Assembly: GCF_009914755.1 (NCBI RefSeq)
Contig: NC_060932.1
Reading direction: 5' to 3' (one strand)
Source of the DNA: the human T2T-CHM13v2.0 reference genome, Homo sapiens
DNA: 64,000 nt
Translations under genes and position numbers: made by a program
Notes under the pieces: generated by a model
Databases searched by the model: none
Told to the model about the DNA's origin: nothing
What the model saw: only the letters and a program-made list of their open reading frames with translations
Part shown: in pieces, positions 58,198 to 64,000 of the stretch
Layout: each line of letters begins with the position of its first letter
Position numbering within the stretch: the stretch's first letter is position 1

Positions 58198-58302
58198 TAC
58201 ATATATTATGGTTATATTGATGGCATAACTAATAAAAATAATGAATGCTTACATATATTATGGTATATATTGATGGCATAGCTATTAAAAATAATGAATG
58301 CT
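58198..58302. repeat. About 52-bp tandem duplication (2 copies)
   Basis: tacatatattatggt..atattgatggcata.cta.taaaaataatgaatgct occurs twice. Confidence 0.9.
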
Positions 58303-58472
58303 TATACGTGTTAGACACAATATTAAGAGCTTTGCCTATATTATACCTGACGAGGTAGTTGTATCATTATGATTACCATTTTCAGTTGAAGAAGTTGAGA
58401 CACAGACATTGAATCCCTTAAACAGGTAGTAGTGTTGTTCTAGAATTTGGACCCAGGAAGTCTACTTCCAGA
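58290..58472 (-). mobile_element. MIR
   Basis: 'ccattttcagttgaagaagttgagacacaga' and 'gaatttggacccagg..gtctacttccagag'. Confidence 0.6.
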
Positions 58473-58613
58473 GTAAGGAAGGGAATAAACAATGATGATT
58501 AAGCAATAGCTATCATAGCAGTTTAAGCATAATTATAAAGAAAGAACAATTCACTCTTCCTGAGGTAACTGGAAATGTCTAAATAAGGAAACCAAGATTT
58601 AACTGAATTTTAA

Positions 58614-58938
<325 letters not shown>

Positions 58939-61549
58939 CTCTATTTATTTTTCAAGTTATAAGGCTATACACATGTATCAAATGTATCATGGTTCCACTC
59001 TCGTTACAAAAAGTATATATGCCTCACGATAAAAGTAGTATTAATTTAAATCCCAGCTAACTTCTTCACTTCTTAGATATGTTCCCAGAAATGTTAAAAC
59101 TTCTCCATGGTTTAACATTTCTCATATGTTAAAAGAGGATAATAATACCATATTTGAAGATCTCACTGCCAAGTATCTATTAGTGCTTATGCTTTAAAAA
59201 TGGCTACTAGGCAATAGCAAGGAGTTTGAATTAACACCCGCTTCAGATTCCGTGTTTCGAACGTGTGGTCCCAAAGCCAGCATTTTATAATTAGGGTCAC
59301 CATATGTCTGGATTTTAAGATATATTACTAATTTCAAATAATCATTTTAATTCTTTAATTTTTTTAAAATTACAAATTAGAAAAAAGAATTTTCAACCAT
59401 GTGTCAAATGCATAATCATTGTACTTAAACATCTATGACTGTAAAATATCAGATGACCTGGCTCTCCAACTGGTATAAATACTAAAAAAAATGCTAATTT
59501 TCTAACTCTTTTTTTGTTCTATTATCACCGGGCTGTTGACTCAGGCCTGGATTTTTGTAAGCATTTCTAGAGGACACCTGCCCTTTCAATCTCTTAAAAT
59601 GTTTCATTTGTGCCTCTTTCTATGAATATGTGCTTTTGGAAGTGGGAATCTCACGTTATATGTTGCTGCTCGTTAGTTTCAATTGAATAGGCCTCATTTC
59701 TTTTCCAAAAATTCTAGGAAAACTCATTATATTCCTCTATAAATTGATTATGGATCGCATTTCTTCTATGAAATAATATGGTTAGAAAAAATAAAGTATT
59801 ATAAATAATCTGTTATGATCACTCATGACTTCGTGAAAATCAGAAATATGGTTAAAAAAAAAAGCTGTTTTGAGAGCCCCTGACTTTAATTTAGACTAGC
59901 TGTCCCCCCAGTGCCTATGTCTGAGGATGGATAGCTTCTGACAGCTGCATTAAGAATGGCATAGGGTCACGGTTATTATGATTTCTCATGATCTCATTAT
60001 GAACCAAGAAAAGAATATATTGTAGAGGGGAAAAATGGAATTTTTATATGTCAGCCACAGATCTGAGGAATCTGGCATACATTCTGGCTTCTTAGGCAAA
60101 ATCCAGTAAAAGTGACACAAAATGAACCTGTATGCCACACTTTCTAAAATTCAGAATGTTGCTTTAGCACCCTGATTGGCTTGACAACTACTGGTGAATT
60201 CTAATTTGGAAAACAATCCAAAATTAGCATACAAGTCTTCTAAATTGTATTATAAATTTTGTTCTTTATGTATTAAAGCAAATATTCCAGAGGCACATTC
60301 TTTGGATAATTTAAAGATTAACTCCTACACAGATTGGCAACAGGCTTGACTTCCTAGGCTCACTCCAGTTGATAATGACCATCTGAGGCCAGCGTTGCAG
60401 GATGCTTGGGCTTAGTCAGAAAGCTTGTCGAGCAATGTGAGTCAGAGGAATGCACACTAAGTGCATGTGGTCCTGATCCTCAGCTCACCTTCTGTGTCCT
60501 AAAGCACAAGATGCTGTCCAACCATTTCTCTCCACTCGATGTAAGGAAAATCAAAGAAAAATAAAAACAGAAAACTATATATGGGATGTTTTCTGTGGAA
60601 GGAATTTAAACTTGGATAATCTATGATTATAATAGTCAAAACTGTTGTTAGATATTTAATATCAGTGTAGCTTATGGGGAGAACATACAATTTGTTTTTT
60701 CTCATTTACAGTAAAATCGTTGTTGCATGAATAAACTGGTTTTAAGGGAGAATATTTTAATATAATTTTACATAACTTTCACAACACCTTTTTTCCAAGA
60801 GTTCAATACTTGAAAGATGAAATTGATGAAACATTTAAATGTGTATATTTATAATATATTAAAAGTGGCATATTTAGACTTAGTAATGCAGCATTTTATC
60901 TGCCCAACTAAAGGTGACATCAACTTCTATCTCTTCTGGACAGTTGGTACAACTTGGGACTTTAGACTCAGCAATAGAGTGGTAGCTGGGAAGTCAGGAC
61001 ATGAATAAGAGACATGATGAGCGGGTATGGGCTATTTATGACATAAAATTTTAGAGTAAATAGAAAGCATATTTATAAAAGTCTTTGAAATTCAAGGCAC
61101 ATTCTTTGAAAATAATAGAAACTCTGTAACTAGGTTTAAATAAGAAAAATTTAATTATAAATTTAAGATCCATTCACCCAAAGGAAAATGAAACTCATCA
61201 AGCAAGAGCACTTACCATGATTTTTGTTTATGTTTTCCCTTTTCAAGTATATAACAAAATTTGGATGAGGGTATTTTTCCTCATCCAAAAGGATATTATT
61301 GACATTTGTGTGTCAATAGTATTATTAGGTTGTTTATATTTCTGAAATGTAATGCCAGGAGAATAAATGCTAACATCTCTATCACATAAATTAATGGGAA
61401 ATGATGCTGTAATAATCAGGAAATGTGAATGATCAGAAAGATCAAGTGTTTACAGAAAAATATGTTTTTTTTTAGAAAAAATTTCCAAACTCTTGTTGAA
61501 AAACAAAAGGTAGTAAAATTACGACTATCATATTCAGGTGATGTCTGTT

Positions 61550-61618
61550 ACTCACATGTGACACATCACTCACATGTGACACATCACTCACATGTGACAC
61601 ATCACTCACATGTGACAC
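61550..61618. repeat. 18-bp perfect tandem repeat x3.8 (actcacatgtgacacatc)
   Basis: Units start at 61550, 61568, 61586 and 61604. Confidence 0.95.
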
Positions 61619-61656
61619 TCCAAACTCTCATGTTGTCAGACTTGTGGTGACTACAC

Positions 61657-62120
61657 TTTGAGAAGACAGAAGTAAAAGTTGATTTTAGTAGTATAGAGAG
61701 CTAAAATGCTTCACACCTAAGTTATAATAAACTACTTTCAATGTATTATATATGAATAGTGTGTTTTAAAATGTCATTTTTATACAATGATATATACATT
61801 GTATAATTTATATATTCAAACATCGAATATTGGTGAAAACATGGTCTTGTAAATTTGTACAGCTAACTAGAGAGATTCTACCTGTGTCAATAGGGAACAA
61901 ACAAAGAATAAGCTTTTTTAATTCATGGAAAGAAAAAAAAATAATGATGACTTGAACTTCACCCACTAGCCTCTGTGAACACTGAACACAGCTGAAAATA
62001 TAACTTTCATCAGGTGCCTGAAAGATTTTCAGGATTTAAGGAAATTCAGCAGGAGACCACATTAAGTGTGTTTCAATCAGCAGGAAGCTTCTGTACTTTA
62101 TGGCTTTCTCTTATGAAAGT
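61657..62120 (+). repeat. Local duplication copy 1: block A (61657-61830) then block B (about 61866-62120)
   Basis: By eye, A aligns to 63678-63845 and B aligns to 63282-63540. Confidence 0.9.
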
Positions 62121-62459
62121 ACGTTCCTCAGAAGATATATTTTAAGTTATATAAATCTAAAAATATACAAGTACCACGTTTCTATTAGAGGTGAATACAG
62201 GAGTCTCTCTGTAAAATATGCTTTGATTTTCTTCATCACCTATATTTTCTATATTGAGAAATAGATATTCTTAAAATAATTCCATAACAAAGTCATTCAA
62301 TATTTTTTCAAATAACTTAAAATTTCACAATTTTAGTTGCAGTCAAACATTTCATATCACAGGGGAGATATAAAAGAGATCCTCAATTCATTTTCACTGA
62401 AATAAGGAGAGTATTTATAACCTTCCAAACAGGAGATCTGGAAATAGGACTGCTTGAGT

Positions 62460-62710
62460 AATGATGTGGCAAAGCTCTAGATTCAGTTCTCTGCATGTTC
62501 AACTCTATCTTCCTTGACATGTTGGTTCGTTCTAAATCTCACAGCAAGAACATTGCTACAGTTCCAAGAATCAAATCCATTGATAATACATGACACAGGG
62601 CAACTAGAAAGTGCAACAGCCTCTCCAACGTGTTATCTTCATAGTTTCATGTCATTCTTTAACCAATTACTCTGAGAAAGGGATGAGAAAGACTGAGAAT
62701 CACCTACATG
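62460..62710 (-). mobile_element. Degenerate MLT1 (MaLR) LTR fragment
   Basis: 'gcaagaacattgctacagttccaagaatcaaatcc' and 'tttcatgtcattctttaaccaattact' resemble old MLT1 LTRs. Confidence 0.4.
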
Positions 62711-63281
62711 TTGAGGAGTGAAACTCCATAACTTTCATCTCTTAACCCTTGCCTAAGACACTAGGATTGGAACTTTCTTGGGAAGAAACCTGGGGCTATG
62801 AAAGTAAATTTAATAAACATATATATATGTTCAAAAGGAAATGGCTTATTTTTCAACTATCAGTTACTAAAAGAAAAAATTCTCTTTTCCAAACAAATGG
62901 AAATAGCTGACTAATAAATAATCTACAATAACTAATAAGCAACAGCATCTGAAAGACAACCAAAACCCTGCTTTTAATAAAAACTTGCTCTGGGCTGATT
63001 TAGTAAAACCTAAAGTCTAGGATCTTGAATGCACCATGTAAGACTTGTATTTATGTTTTTATTGTCATAGTCAATATGATAAGCTACTATCTAACATAGT
63101 CATTATATTTTGCCCTACTTTGTACAAATTGCTCTATGTAGAATGTGTACTTTCAGGTTTTGATACATTGAAAACAGAAGTTTTAGAAAGTGAGTGATAT
63201 ATATCTTTAAAACTTCACTAGAAAAGTGCTTGGAATAAAAGCATGATCTAATAATAGGTTATATAGGTTTTAATTAAATAG

Positions 63282-63845
63282 CTAGTGAGATTCCATCTGT
63301 GTCAATAGGGGAGCAAACACAAATTAACTTTTTTTCTTAATTCATGGAAAAAAAAGAGTGACAACCTGTATTTTTTCAAACTACCTCTTTCTAAATAGTG
63401 AACACAGCTGAAGATATAATTTTCCTCAGGCCTTTTTGAAAGATATATGGAATTTACAAAAATTCAGCAGGCGATCAAATTAAGTGTATTTCCATCAGCA
63501 GGAGTATTCTGTATTGTATGGTTTTCTCCTATGCAAATATTAAAGTTGAAGGTAAGTACATGAAAAATTGTTCATAATTTTAAAGGAAATCTTGAACTGA
63601 TAGCCACATTCCTCCCTTTTGTGGGAAGAAATGAGCTTTCATTATACCTTAGGTTTTGATTTAAACATTCTTCTTGCTTTGAGAAGATAGAAGTAAAAGT
63701 TACTTTTAGTAGTACAGGGAGTTAAAATGCTAAGTCATAATAAGCCACTTTCAATATGTTATATATGAACAGTATGTTTATAAATGTCCTGATTTTCATA
63801 CAATGATATATACATTTTATAATTTATACATTCAAACAGTGAATG
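63282..63845 (+). repeat. Local duplication copy 2: block B' (63282-63540) then block A' (63678-63845)
   Basis: Shared anchors: tgtgtcaataggg, ttaattcatggaaa, tgaacacagctgaa, aaattcagcagg, tttgagaaga.agaagtaaaagtt, atacaatgatatatacatt. Confidence 0.9.
63443..63551 (+). other. Candidate internal exon (109 nt; IYGIYKNSAGDQIKCISISRSILYCMVFSYANIKVE-G)
   Basis: Pyrimidine tract plus aag| acceptor (alternative cag| at 63429), strong AAG|gtaagt donor, open frame, third-position-biased divergence from the paralogous copy. Protein not recognised. Confidence 0.35.
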
Positions 63846-64000
63846 TATACATTCAAATATTTGGAGCAGTGTTTCTAATATGTCTTTTGAGGAGCAAAAC
63901 AAGAAAAAATTAAATGAGAGTGTAAAATCAGGAAGGCGTTTTTGTATTTTGTTTTTTAACTGTGTTGCTTGTTGTAGAAACAGATATGTGTATGACAGGG

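Noticed and set aside
60330-60445. cag|...|gtgagt exon-like segment
   Set aside because: Stops in all three frames; splice-like pairs occur often by chance in 64 kb.
61429-61650. ORF with (HSHVTH)n His-rich repeats
   Set aside because: A by-product of the 18-bp tandem repeat; short, with a non-ATG start and no supporting gene structure.
63443-63551. Naming the candidate exon as KLRB1-like ('CISIS'), ACBP-like ('IYG.YK...GD') or WD40-like
   Set aside because: Only 5-7 residue resemblances from memory; flanking residues do not align, so no gene symbol is given.
63430-63551. Alternative frame LFERYMEFTKIQQAIKLSVFPSAGVFCIVWFSPMQILKLK from the upstream cag acceptor
   Set aside because: Open in both copies, but nearly all differences are non-synonymous (mostly codon position 2), which argues against it being the selected frame. 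Not fully excluded.

Overview
AT-rich, repeat-dense primate genomic DNA, very probably human (AluJ/S/Y and L1PA2-era elements are present). It looks intergenic or deep-intronic. I can recognise no intact host protein-coding gene, tRNA, rRNA or CRISPR array. The longer ORFs in the track are L1 ORF2, Alu or Hsmar1 transposase remnants, or chance ORFs. Much of the window is interspersed repeat: old L1M/HAL1 blocks, several L1PA 3' ends, about 15 Alu/FRAM elements, solo LTRs (MER68, LTR16C, MER76, MSTC, MER57-like) and DNA transposons (MER33, MER58, MER20, Tigger3a, a Kanga/Tc2 element and a full-length 1287-bp Hsmar1). Most notable: (1) a circularly permuted local duplication (A-B ... B'-A') at 61.6-63.9 kb containing an exon-like segment whose two copies differ preferentially at third codon positions; (2) a young L1 3' end with two stacked 3' transductions; (3) a small CpG-retaining promoter-like patch at 33.8-34.0 kb; (4) a Tc1/mariner-superfamily cluster with one near-intact SETMAR binding site. 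Subfamily calls come from recalled consensus sequences, not from a RepeatMasker run. I did not find a convincing wholly new biological system.
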